A stretch of DNA of 63,582 bases, counting the filler, from Octopus bimaculoides (taxonomy: Eukaryota): the NCBI RefSeq assembly GCF_001194135.2. It is 7 parts of 7 records of this genome, joined end to end, with 100 filler letters (N's around TTAATTAATTAA, not from the genome) between each part and the next. Parts side by side here need not be neighbours in the genome. Positions count along the whole stretch, not along the records: positions 49,343 to 56,241 come from NC_069007.1; positions 56,342 to 60,972 come from NC_069001.1; positions 61,073 to 62,249 come from NW_026327014.1; positions 62,350 to 63,582 come from NC_068997.1; 3 more parts are not named here. One strand, 5' to 3'. The translations under genes and the position numbers were made by a program. This document shows, in pieces, positions 52,750 through 63,582 of the stretch; the first letter of the stretch is position 1; every line of letters starts with the position of its first letter. The notes under the pieces were generated by a model, which had not been told where the DNA came from, ran no database searches, and worked only from the letters and a program-made list of their open reading frames with translations.

Positions 52750-53826
52750 CTACGAAGCAGAACGACGAAATTGCATACTCAGGTCACACTTGAACGACAA
52801 GCCATTTATGGCCACCGACATCGACGTGTGCTTAAGAAGTCGATTTCCCAATGCCAGGATTCAGGTTCGATCTTACTGAAGTGGTGCGCACTCAGTGAAT
52901 GATGATCCGAACCGAAGAGTAGATTTATGCGAGTGGTACTTGGTAAGGTGTATAGAAGATACACATTTTCCAGCAAAGATTGTTTGCTGTGATAAATTAA
53001 CTAATTCGATTAATTGTCACAATTGCACCTACTGGAGCCCTGAGAATCCGCGTATTACGGAGAAACATTATGCTAATTCAATAGAGTTATAGTATGGTGT
53101 AGTTTACCACCAAATGGATTAATTAGACAATTGGTTCTCAATTAGGGTCCATATAGTCCCTAAGAGTCCATATACAATTTTTTTTGTGGGGGGGGGGGTC
53201 CACTCAACAAAATAGTAAATTGAGGATCCACAAATTTTGCTTTCGATATATGCATTAGTATGTTTCTTTCTCTAACATTTTACATAGTTCAACCTACACA
53301 AGTTTATGTGTTTAAAACAAAATAGGATATTTTAAAAGAAGTATCTAAAAAACCAGTTTCTGAANNNNNNNNNNGTATGTTTCTTTCTCTAACATTTTAC
53401 ATAGTTCAACCTACACAAGTTTATGTGTTTAAAACAAAATAGGATATTTTAAAAGAAGTATCTAAAAAACCAGTTTCTGAACATCAAATGGCTATAGGGG
53501 TCCACCAGAATAAAATAGTAATCAAAGAGGTCCTTGGATAAAAAAGAAAAAAATGGTTGAGAACTCCTGAATTACATCATTCTTTTTTGACAGCGCTGTG
53601 AAAGGTTCCATTTTCTTGAATTTGCTGTGACAATCTGTCATGCTAAGCATTCAAGAGAACTTTGAAAACGTATATTTATTTCGAGGAAGATGGGGGCAAA
53701 CCCACATTATTATTGTAACGTAAGGGCCTACTTTGATGAGATTTTGTCAAACAGGGGGATTGAATGAAGTGATTCAGTACAAATCCCTCCGCATGCACCA
53801 GACCTCACGCCACTAAACATTTTTTA
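52750..53826 (+). mobile_element. Tc1/mariner DD41D (rosa/VS-like) transposase fossil, split by a hAT-like MITE
   Basis: [14 protein letters not shown]...[13 protein letters not shown]; [14 protein letters not shown]|PFFFD; then with two frameshifts DGANPHYYCNVRAYFDEIL...PPHAPDLTPLN. There are 41 residues between the second D and the third catalytic position (now N). The start is approximate. Confidence 0.85.
53129..53569. mobile_element. hAT-like MITE
   Basis: Ends AATTGGTTCTCAA and TTGAGAACTCCTG resemble CAGTGGTTCTCAA-type hAT TIRs. The 8-bp flanks AATTAGAC and AATTACAT match at 6 of 8 positions. Contains a 107-bp assembly duplication. Confidence 0.8.
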
Positions 53827-54039
53827 AAATAGGAATACTTAAAAGATAATATATGTTGTTACACTGACCGACTGTATATCTCTCTCTCTCTCCCCCTCTC
53901 TCTCTATCAAGCGAGAGAAATAGAGAGAGAGAGAGAGGGAGAGGAAAGAGAGACATAGAATCGGTCAGTATAACTATATTTCCATCAGCTAAAAATACCT
54001 TTGATCGGAAGTACATTAAAATAAGGCTAACCTGTGATA

Positions 54040-54210
54040 AACAACATTCGTCGTCGTCATCATCATGGTCGTCGTTATCATCATCAATGCCACCGTCGTC
54101 GTCGTCGACAACAACAACAGAATCAACAACAGCAGCAGTAGCAACAACAACAACAACAACAACAACAACAAAAACAACAACAACAACAACAGCAGCAGCA
54201 ACAACAATAA
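54040..54210. repeat. (GTC/ATC/AAC/AGC)n compound trinucleotide tract
   Basis: Read directly. Confidence 0.95.
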
Positions 54211-54917
54211 AGGCCCTGCGGCTGATTTGAAATCACAACCTCAGAGCAGTTAATCCAATAGCTTATTCACACGACCATCTTACATTTACACACCAAACAC
54301 AGTATTCACTTTCCCTCCTCTTTCTTTCTCTCTCTCTCTTTCCCTCTAACAGCTAAATACTTCATTAGCTGTAAGAGATAGCATTCGGACGACACTGCTC
54401 TGGGCTATAAGCAGCCATAGTATTGAATAATTAACGTGTTGGTATACACTACCTCAGCTGTGAAAACAGCAAAACAGGAACCGACACCGAAGTATCGCTG
54501 CTTGAGAATCCTAAAGCCACTTCATCGACAAGGAAGTCAACAGAAGTGGTCTATGAATCGGGAGCCGATTTCTTTTTTTTTTTTATATGTTTCTTCTTTT
54601 TTAAGGCTTATTATATCGTGTCAGTTTTATAAAAATGGAGAAGAAATTGATAATAAAAATAAATCTGATAAGATGCGAAACGAAGACTGAAAGATATTAA
54701 ATACGAAACAGTCAATTTTCCAATTGAGGAACTTTCAGCTGGAGAATGGATCCATAATTCACACATTAACATAGACATGCACTAACACATACATGCACAT
54801 ACATATACACACATACGCATACATAGACATACACGCACACGCACGAGTTTAGATATGGACATATGTATCTACATATCTAGAAACATATATACACACTGCA
54901 CAGGTACGTATATGAAT

Positions 54918-54962
<45 letters not shown>

Positions 54963-56440
54963 NNNNNNNNNNNNNNNNNNNNNNNNNNNNNNNNNNNNNN
55001 NNNNNNNNNNNNNNNNNNNNNNNNNNNNNNNNNNNNNNNNNNNNNNNNNNNNNNNNNNNNNNNNNNNNNNNNNNNNNNNNNNNNNNNNNNNNNNNNNNNN
55101 NNNNNNNNNNNNNNNNNNNNNNNNNNNNNNNNNNNNNNNNNNNNNNNNNNNNNNNNNNNNNNNNNNNNNNNNNNNNNNNNNNNNNNNNNNNNNNNNNNNN
55201 NNNNNNNNNNNNNNNNNNNNNNNNNNNNNNNNNNNNNNNNNNNNNNNNNNNNNNNNNNNNNNNNNNNNNNNNNNNNNNNNNNNNNNNNNNNNNNNNNNNN
55301 NNNNNNNNNNNNNNNNNNNNNNNNNNNNNNNNNNNNNNNNNNNNNNNNNNNNNNNNNNNNNNNNNNNNNNNNNNNNNNNNNNNNNNNNNNNNNNNNNNNN
55401 NNNNNNNNNNNNNNNNNNNNNNNNNNNNNNNNNNNNNNNNNNNNNNNNNNNNNNNNNNNNNNNNNNNNNNNNNNNNNNNNNNNNNNNNNNNNNNNNNNNN
55501 NNNNNNNNNNNNNNNNNNNNNNNNNNNNNNNNNNNNNNNNNNNNNNNNNNNNNNAATAAAGAAAAAAGAACTTATTCTATCGGAGAGAGGGGAGAAAAAA
55601 AAGAAAAAAGAAGCAACATTGAGAAACAAACGTTTGCTATCAGATTTCTTACGATCCACCACCACCAACAACAACAACATTACCACCACCGCCACTTCTA
55701 CCACGAACATCACCACCAACACCACCACTGCAAACACCACCATTACTGAACGAAAAAATACAAGCAAACGAACAGACAGACAGGCAGGCAGACCCTATCG
55801 TAGACAATATCTTAAATTAATGTCGGCAGAAATGATGCCGTCGGGTGTTGTTGAGAGAATTGGTAACAGGGATCGGTAATGGTAAGCTATGATAATTGAG
55901 AACTGCGAAAATATGGTGGCTGAGATGTGTGTGTGTGTGTGTGTGCGCCAGCGCGCAAACATGCACATGCATACACACACACATATATATACATATATAC
56001 GCGTCTACATAAATATATATAGATAGGTATATAAGTATATATATCTACCTATTTATCTATCTATCTATATATATATATACACACACACATATACATAAAC
56101 ACACACACACACACACATATATATATATTCATATATATTTATACATACGCATCTATATGACTGTATACACACACACACACGTAATGATTGCAACAACTCT
56201 GGTTTTTTTCAACATTGTTCATTATTCAATCACTCCACCACNNNNNNNNNNNNNNNNNNNNNNNNNNNNNNNNNNNNNNNNNNNNTTAATTAATTAANNN
56301 NNNNNNNNNNNNNNNNNNNNNNNNNNNNNNNNNNNNNNNNNTTAAAAAAGAAAAATTTAAGAGAATTTTAAAATAAAATTTCATAGCACAAATGTCCTCG
56401 CACACACAAATATCTGTATGTATATATTCATATCTATATA

Positions 56441-56720
56441 TGGCCCAGTGGTTAGGGCAGCGGACTCGCGGTCGGAGGATCGCGGTTTCGATTCCCAGAC
56501 CGGGAGTTGTGTGTGTTTATTGAGCGAAAACACCTAAAGCTCCACGAGGCTCCGTCAGTGGGTGGTGGCGACCCCTGTTGTACTCTTTCGTTCCAACTTT
56601 CTCTCACTCTTTCGTCCTGTTTCTTGAGTAAAAAGCTGCGATGGACTGGCATCCTGTCCAGATAGGGAGGAACACATACGCCATAGAAACCGGCCCTATG
56701 CTCCACAAGGGGCTAAGAGG
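56441..56720 (+). mobile_element. tRNA-derived SINE, family D
   Basis: A box TGGCCCAGTGG, B box GGTTTCGATTCC, GCGATGGACTGGCATCCTGTCCAG, GAAACCGGCCCTATG. Confidence 0.85.
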
Positions 56721-56761
56721 ATTTCCATTCCATATCTATCTACATCTATTTGTGTATCCAT

Positions 56762-57010
56762 AGACATGGCTTAGTGGTTAGAATACTGGATTCTTGATCA
56801 TAAAATTTTGGCTTCGGTTCCTGGACCAGGCGGTGCGATGTGCTTTTTAGCAAAACACCCCCTTTCACTCGTCCAGGTGGGAAATATATGCGCTACAGAA
56901 ACCAGGAAACCGGCCTAATGAGTCAGGAAGGATCTTGGTCCAATTTTTACAGTGACGGTGCTCTGGCATGGCCACAGCCTTAGGGCTGAAACGGATAAAA
57001 GTATAAAAGA
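56762..57010 (+). mobile_element. Decayed SINE D followed by a family-B-type tail
   Basis: TGGCTTAGTGGTTAG...GAAACCAGGAAACCGGCCTAATGAG, then GGTGCTCTGGCATGGCCACAGCC...GCTGAAAC. Confidence 0.65.
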
Positions 57011-57109
57011 ATATCTAATCATCTCTCTCTCAATATGTGTGTGTAAATATATATATTTACACACACACGCATATTAATTAGTTATAGGATTTAACAACAC
57101 GTAACACTC

Positions 57110-57580
57110 CAGGAGTGATTAGGTACAATCAGCACAAGGTTCTCAGTGAGGTAAAAACAATGATGGTATCAAGTCAGGATGGTGGCAACTTGATAGATGA
57201 TCAACTTCGCGTTCCGAATTAGACATTTCATAAAGACCCATTTTGCCAGTTTTCAAAATTCAGAATGGGACGACCGTATTCTATGCTCCACATCGTTTTC
57301 CGAAGTAGATATACTGGCAAGAGAACTTCCAAGAGAGAAAAATTGTTCAACTTGTTCGAAAAGTGTATCAGGGAGCGTGGTTTTGAGATCAGACAAGTTG
57401 GTCTTCAGTGCAAGTTGGGTGAAAAGTTTAGTCTTATTCTTGATACTGAAGATGAGGCCGAAACGATCCTTTGTACAGATGAAGCCGTTGCTTTCTCTAG
57501 TTCCTGATCTTTGTGACAGAGTAGTGCTGTGATCTGAACACTGAAGTCGAAACCTGGCCAACTTGAAGACTTCTAAATTT
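57110..57580 (-). mobile_element. RTE-clade LINE RT fragment
   Basis: DRFGLIFSIKNKTKLFTQ...EQVEQFFSLGSSLAS...ENDVEHRIRSSHSEF*KL...KLIIYQ matches the RTE series FGL.IS.KKT...V..F.YLGS...RI.KA..F..L. LQCSDH is a possible decayed YADD. Confidence 0.75.
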
Positions 57581-58054
57581 CAGAACCTAGATTGTCAGAA
57601 AAAAAAAAACCCCTCGAAATTACAAGACAGAGAACGTAGAAGAGTAAAAGCGTAATCCGGTTTCAATCCAGAGTTAACTGAATCTAGTTTATTTCACTTC
57701 CTCACCATGATAATATACGTACCGCGTTTCTTATCTAATATTTGAAATATATAGGTTTTAATTAAATCAATCCACAGGACTGCTCTCTTTATTTTTTTTA
57801 AAGAAAAATTCTATAAAAAATAAATAATATTCTGATCAGAACAGAATGTTTTATCCATGACACATAGACGTGTTTCGTTAATATTATTACGAAGTAAAAT
57901 AATTCCACTAAGCTGAGAAGCCCCTACGTTAGCCTTCCCACGAGCTAGATATAGCAGCCAAATTTTTCTAGTTTACCTCCTGTGTTTGATTATAGGCCTG
58001 GTTGACCAGAGTTCGCCTGCTAGTAAATAGCACCAACAACAAAAACAGCAACAC

Positions 58055-58206
58055 ACCACACACACACACACACACGTCTACAAACACACACACGTCTACA
58101 AACACACACACACGTCTACAAACACACACACACGTCTACAAACACACACACACACACCTCTACATACATGCGTACACATAGCTACGCATACACATGTACT
58201 TACACG

Positions 58207-58241
<35 letters not shown>

Positions 58242-58597
58242 ACACGCACATCCGTGTAAGTAGATATTCTCTCGGATATTTGCACGCGTATCCAACATAC
58301 ACACGCATGCACGCGCACTTACATCCACACATCTACAAGCATGCACACATACGCACTCACACAAGCACATACATTTCTCTCTCTCTCTCTCTCTCTCCAC
58401 ACACACGACTCCACACACGCGCACGCTCATCTCTACACACAGGCACACACATCTAAAACACACACGTGTCTACACACACACAACTCTACACACACGTACA
58501 CATGTCCCTACACATACACCTCTAGACCCACGCACACGCACATCTACATACACACACACTCTCTCCCGCTCTCTATCTCTCTCTCTCTCTCTTTCTT

Positions 58598-58646
<49 letters not shown>

Positions 58647-58722
58647 TGCACTTACACGCTCACACAAAGACGTGCACAGGCAAACCCATACAAGTAGATA
58701 TTCTCTCGGATATTCGCACGTA

Positions 58723-58756
<34 letters not shown>

Positions 58757-58800
58757 GACACATATCCGTATACCTACACACACATAGGTACATGATAACA
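58055..58800. repeat. CA/CT-rich minisatellite block
   Basis: An 18-bp unit CACACACACGTCTACAAA occurs 4 times. A 29-bp unique segment is duplicated at 58258-58286 and 58692-58720. Confidence 0.9.
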
Positions 58801-59362
58801 AGCCCAACCCCAAACCCTCATAGACTTTACCTTCTAACATTGCTCCCTACAGCTCCCTACCTTGTGATCTTTTATTTTTTACACGTATTTATTTAGGGCT
58901 GTAAACAAGACACCACTAATTATCATCGTATTTATAGTTCTATTCTTCTAGATCTATACACCCTCATTTATACACCCATGTACACGCACCTCGCCACGAA
59001 GTACAATTCCTTTTGTGCCACATTCCAAACTATTGATCTAAGAAATTATGTGGGTTTGTTACAATGTCGCTTTCGAAGTAAGAATTCCGTTCGACTCGCC
59101 CTGTGATTTCCGGCACCTTATTGCTATAGGAACTTATTGATTAGCAATCAATAATTCGGTAGCATCTACACTTCTATCACGTTTGGCCGATAGAACCAGT
59201 AAAATCGGGTTACTACTTATTGATGTTCTGTCGAATTACAAGTATGTACACGCATACCCATACGTATATATAGAAATGTACACACACACACACGCGCACG
59301 CATGCACCCACACATAAACTTGTGTGTAGATGTGTATAGATATGTATATGTATACATTTATT

Positions 59363-59400
<38 letters not shown>

Positions 59401-59531
59401 TATATATGTATAAAAATATGTGTGGCTGTATGTGTATTTGTATGTGTGTGTGCATATATGTGCGTGTAGAGGGTCAGAGAGAAATATAAAGTGCACAACA
59501 GAGACAAGAATATATATATAAATATATATAT

Positions 59532-59660
59532 TTCCCAACCACATGTTTCCGGGTTCAGTCTCACTGCGTCGCACTTTGGGCATGTGTCTTCTACTATGGC
59601 CTCGGGCCGACCAAAGCCTCGTGAGTGGATTTGGTAGATGGAAACTGAAAGAAGTCCGTC

Positions 59661-59661
<1 letters not shown>
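59532..59661 (+). mobile_element. SINE family B, 5' half running into (TA)n and a gap
   Basis: CCAACCACATGTTTCCGGGTTCAGTC...GGGCCGACCAAAGCC...GAAACTGAAAGAAGTCCGTCG. Confidence 0.9.
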
Positions 59662-59698
<37 letters not shown>

Positions 59699-60511
59699 NN
59701 NNNNNNNNNNNNNNNNNNNNNNNNNNNNNNNNNNNNNNNNNNNNNNNNNNNNNNNNNNNNNNNNNNNNNNNNNNNNNNNNNNNNNNNNNNNNNNNNNNNN
59801 NNNNNNNNNNNNNNNNNNNNNNNNNNNNNNNNNNNNNNNNNNNNNNNNNNNNNNNNNNNNNNNNNNNNNNNNNNNNNNNNNNNNNNNNNNNNNNNNNNNN
59901 NNNNNNNNNNNNNNNNNNNNNNNNNNNNNNNNNNNNNNNNNNNNNNNNNNNNNNNNNNNNNNNNNNNNNNNNNNNNNNNNNNNNNNNNNNNNNNNNNNNN
60001 NNNNNNNNNNNNNNNNNNNNNNNNNNNNNNNNNNNNNNNNNNNNNNNNNNNNNNNNNNNNNNNNNNNNNNNNNNNNNNNNNNNNNNNNNNNNNNNNNNNN
60101 NNNNNNNNNNNNNNNNNNNNNNNNNNNNNNNNNNNNNNNNNNNNNNNNNNNNNNNNNNNNNNNNNNNNNNNNNNNNNNNNNNNNNNNNNNNNNNNNNNNN
60201 NNNNNNNNNNNNNNNNNNNNNNNNNNNNNNNNNNNNNNNNNNNNNNNNNNNNNNNNNNNNNNNNNNNNNNNNNNNNNNNNNNNNNNNNNNNNNNNNNNNN
60301 NNNNNNNNNNNNCGAGGCTCTTCGGGAAAGATCATATGGACAGCTATAATAAGAAAGTTCGTCATATTTATTGAAAGAAAAAAAACCCGCTTAACTTTAT
60401 AATTTAATTCTGTACATAACAATTAGTATACTTTTAGCTTATAATTTGCAGTACACAATGATTAAATCTACATTTAAAGTACATATAACATTAAGATTTA
60501 ATGCATTTATC

Positions 60512-60546
<35 letters not shown>

Positions 60547-60930
60547 ATTAAACTACGCTTTAAATTTTCCTCTGCTGACTTACAATCGATTAAGCTGAAC
60601 AAATGACTTACATAAAAGAACAAAACGCAAAAGTGTTACACTAAGATGAGACCAGATAATCTTAAATACCCAAGTATATTCGAGAAGGAGAACGGTGTTT
60701 GTGAAGCAAGAATCATTCGCCTCATTAATAAATAACATAGGAATGTAACAAACCGTCACTAATTAAATGTGACAAATTTATTCTTTAGCCTTTCAGGATT
60801 TTAGATTAATAAGGCTTGGATCAGTAAATCTCATTATACTCTTTATCACGAGTGTAGTAATAATACTACATCTCCCGCTTTAACGTTTCGTATGTGTATG
60901 TACATGTGCATGTAGATGTATGTGTGTGTA

Positions 60931-60972
<42 letters not shown>

Positions 60973-61072
60973 NNNNNNNNNNNNNNNNNNNNNNNNNNNN
61001 NNNNNNNNNNNNNNNNTTAATTAATTAANNNNNNNNNNNNNNNNNNNNNNNNNNNNNNNNNNNNNNNNNNNN

Positions 61073-61121
61073 GCTACGCATTTTGTCCCGCGCGGTTACG
61101 ATTCTAGCAGCTCACCGCCTT
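61073..61121 (-). mobile_element. SINE family A head, cut by a gap
   Basis: Reverse complement AAGGCGGTGAGCTGCTAGAATCG...AAAATGCGTAGC. Confidence 0.75.
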
Positions 61122-61164
61122 AGTGTTGATAAAGTTCATCCGCACCGAAATATTAGCTTGTTTA

Positions 61165-61500
61165 GAAACAGGTAAGGGCTGGTAACAAGAAGGACATCTG
61201 GTTATAGAGAAGGCGGCGAGTTGGCACGCCGGGCGAAATGCTTAACGGTATTTCGTCAGCCGTTATGTTCTGAGTTCAAATTCCGCCGAGATCGACTTTG
61301 CTTTTCATCCTTTCGGGGTCGATAAATTAAGTACCAGTTACGCACTGGAGTCGATGTAATCGACTCAATCCCTTTGTCTGTCCTTGTTTGTCCCCTCCAT
61401 GTTTAGCCCCTTGTGGGCAATAAAGAAATAAGAAGAACATCTGGTTATAGAGATTCTGCCTCAACACAATCCAACAAGCACAGAAAAGCAGACATACAAT
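61165..61500 (+). mobile_element. Old SINE family C fragment, host of the SINE A insertion
   Basis: Removing the insert rejoins GGGCTGGTAACAAGAAGGACATCTGGTTATAGAGA with TTCTGCCTCAAC...AAGCACAGAAAAG. Confidence 0.6.
61211..61429 (+). mobile_element. Young SINE family A with a 24-bp TSD
   Basis: Flanks 61187-61210 and 61430-61453 match at 23 of 24 positions. 16 CpGs retained. Confidence 0.95.
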
Positions 61501-61552
61501 AACAAAACAGTGGTGACGTCACTGATATGTGAGAATACTTCTCAAATCTATT

Positions 61553-61735
61553 TACTAACCAAAGCTTTGTAAGTGAATTTCATTGATGGAAACCGAGAGG
61601 ATGCGCGTGTGTGTCTTTCTGTTTGGTCCCACCTGCACCACAACCACTACCGTTTCTCAAGAACCAGTGTTGGTGTGTTTACTTCCTGTATCTTAGCAGT
61701 TCAGCAAAAGAAAACCGATAGACTATGTACCACAT
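61553..61735 (+). mobile_element. SINE family B, decayed middle and 3' part
   Basis: ACCAAAGCTTTGTAAGTGAATTT...GATGGAAAC...CTTAGCAGTTCAGCAAAAGAAAACCGATAG. Confidence 0.7.
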
Positions 61736-62507
61736 TACAAGCTAACTACTAGGATTTATAAAATCAACCCTTACCCCATCCTTGGAATTTAATTCCTTGT
61801 GGCAATGTAAGAAATCAATATTGGCTATCAAAGAGATTGAAACGAGATTGTTCCGTTACAAGCCATCTTTCGACTCAGGAAAAAGAAAGCGAGTGGAGAC
61901 ATGCAAATTTCTCCTTCTTATCATGTTCAAGGAATTATTTCTACATCTCAACACTATGGTACGGAATTTGTGATTTGCCTTTGATTTTGTTGTTATTGTT
62001 GTTATTAATATTTTGTTTTGAATTTCCATTTCTTTGTTGTTTATATGTTTATTTATTATTTTATATTTTTATCTTTGTTCTTGTTTTTGAAACATACATT
62101 TGTTCGACTTTTAAAATGTTTTTGTTGTTTTGTATTAAATTGGTCCGCGAAACAAATGATAGCTTGGCCAGCTTCCAATAAAGTATACTTAACCACAAAT
62201 GCGGTGTTTAGCACTCATTCTCACTGTTCGACATTAACGCTTGCATGCANNNNNNNNNNNNNNNNNNNNNNNNNNNNNNNNNNNNNNNNNNNNTTAATTA
62301 ATTAANNNNNNNNNNNNNNNNNNNNNNNNNNNNNNNNNNNNNNNNNNNNATATTATTATTATATATTATATACTGTATATATATATTTATTATTATTATA
62401 TAACATAAATACATATATTTATTTATTATTATATATATATGTATGTATATATGTATGTATATATGTATGTATATATGTATGTATATATGTATATATGTAT
62501 GTATACC

Positions 62508-62580
62508 AAAGCGGCAAGCTGGCAGTCAACAGCTTGCCGGACAAGATGTATAGCGGTGTTTCGTCCGTCTTTACGCTGTG
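62508..62580 (+). mobile_element. SINE family A head fragment
   Basis: AAAGCGGCAAGCTGGCAG...TAGCGGTGTTTCGTCCGTCTTTACG. Confidence 0.7.
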
Positions 62581-63220
62581 TCATGTGATTCAGTGTTGGT
62601 ATGTGTGTGTGTGTGTACATTTTTCTGTTATTTCTGTCTCTGTACGTTTATATATTATTCGTTTATATAACCATAAGCACACCACGTTCAATCACGTATT
62701 AGATTTATATCATCATACACATACAGTGCATTCATATAAAGTCTCACTACATTCTATTTCAGCAGAAGCACACAGAAAAGCTCTCACACCAATACACACA
62801 TAAATACATCCGCATATAGACCTACTGCGCGAAATAAAATTACTGCATCCATCTACTCACAACACACACGCACTCGCACACAAACACACATACACATACA
62901 CATATTCCTTCATAACAAATATATAAGTTTGGGAGTGGTAAAAACAAACGAAAATAACAGACAAATCTGTTACCTGACTTCTTTAGGCGATAAGCGACCA
63001 CGTGACACCCACACTTCATACTTTACACGCTGCAATAATTCGTCCAGAATGAACTAAACAATGTTTTATCTCTAACAGATTTGACAAGTAAATTCTTCAG
63101 TTTCCCGTTTCTAATCTGAAGAAGGAAACAATTACAAAGACGCTATTTTTAACTGTTGCATACCATTGTAAAATGTGAATTACTTCATTTGAGCGAGAGA
63201 TTGTGAATCCATTTCTCGCT

Positions 63221-63568
63221 GGATTCATTCCCACTGGGGCAAGTGTCTTCTAGCATAGCCTCAGGCCCACCAAGGCCTAGTGAGTAGATTTGGCAGACGG
63301 AAACTGAAAGAAGCCCGTCCCATATACGTATATATATGTATGTATGTGTGTGTATATGTTTGTATGTCTGTGTTTATCCCCCCAGCATCGCTTTACAACC
63401 GATGGCAGTGTGTTGACGTCCCCTAACTTAGCGGTTCGGCAAAAAATTCCCGATAGAATAAGTACTAGGCTTCCAAAGAATAAATCCTGGGGTCGATTTG
63501 CTCGACTAAAGGCGGTGCTCCAGCATGGCCACAGCCAAAAGACTGACACAAGTAAAAAGAGTAAAGAG
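63221..63568 (+). mobile_element. SINE family B, 5'-truncated
   Basis: GGGCAAGTGTCTTCTA...internal TA/TG tract...CTGGGGTCGATTTGCTCGACTAAAGGCGGTGCTCCAGCATGGCC...AAAGAG. Confidence 0.9.
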
Positions 63569-63582
63569 TGTATATATATATA

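Noticed and set aside
56441-56512. tRNA gene (also the SINE heads at 43740-43811 and 46839-46910)
   Set aside because: A and B boxes are present, but I see no full cloverleaf or poly-T terminator, and the sequence continues into a SINE body.
58064-58150. CRISPR-like array of 18-bp repeats
   Set aside because: The units are directly adjacent with no unique spacers, there are no cas genes, and the context is eukaryotic.

Overview
Animal genomic DNA from a gapped draft assembly. It is AT-rich and packed with microsatellites: (TA)n, (CA)n, (GATA)n, (TACA)n and compound trinucleotides. The SINE families and microsatellite density point to a coleoid cephalopod, most likely Octopus (inference, no database search). 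I found no intact protein-coding gene, RNA gene or CRISPR array. Almost all supplied ORFs are microsatellite or N-gap artefacts, and the few with real protein signal are decayed transposon fragments. Contents: about 30 copies or fragments of four SINE families (my labels A-D) plus a fifth short repeat (E); LINE fossils of the R4/Dong-like RLE, CR1, RTE and L1/Tx1 types; three Tc1/mariner lineages; and hAT-like, piggyBac-like and foldback-like non-autonomous elements, several of them nested with readable target-site duplications. The best biological signals are (1) a CpG-decayed block at 14.4-24.8 kb, suggesting germline gene-body methylation of a host gene whose exons I could not identify; (2) a piggyBac MITE inside the arm of a long-inverted-repeat element; (3) a hAT MITE that splits a DD41D transposase; (4) a SINE family carrying an internal microsatellite; and (5) a candidate 18-nt microexon. 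I did not find a new multi-gene system. All alignments and counts were done by eye, and family names come from recalled motifs.
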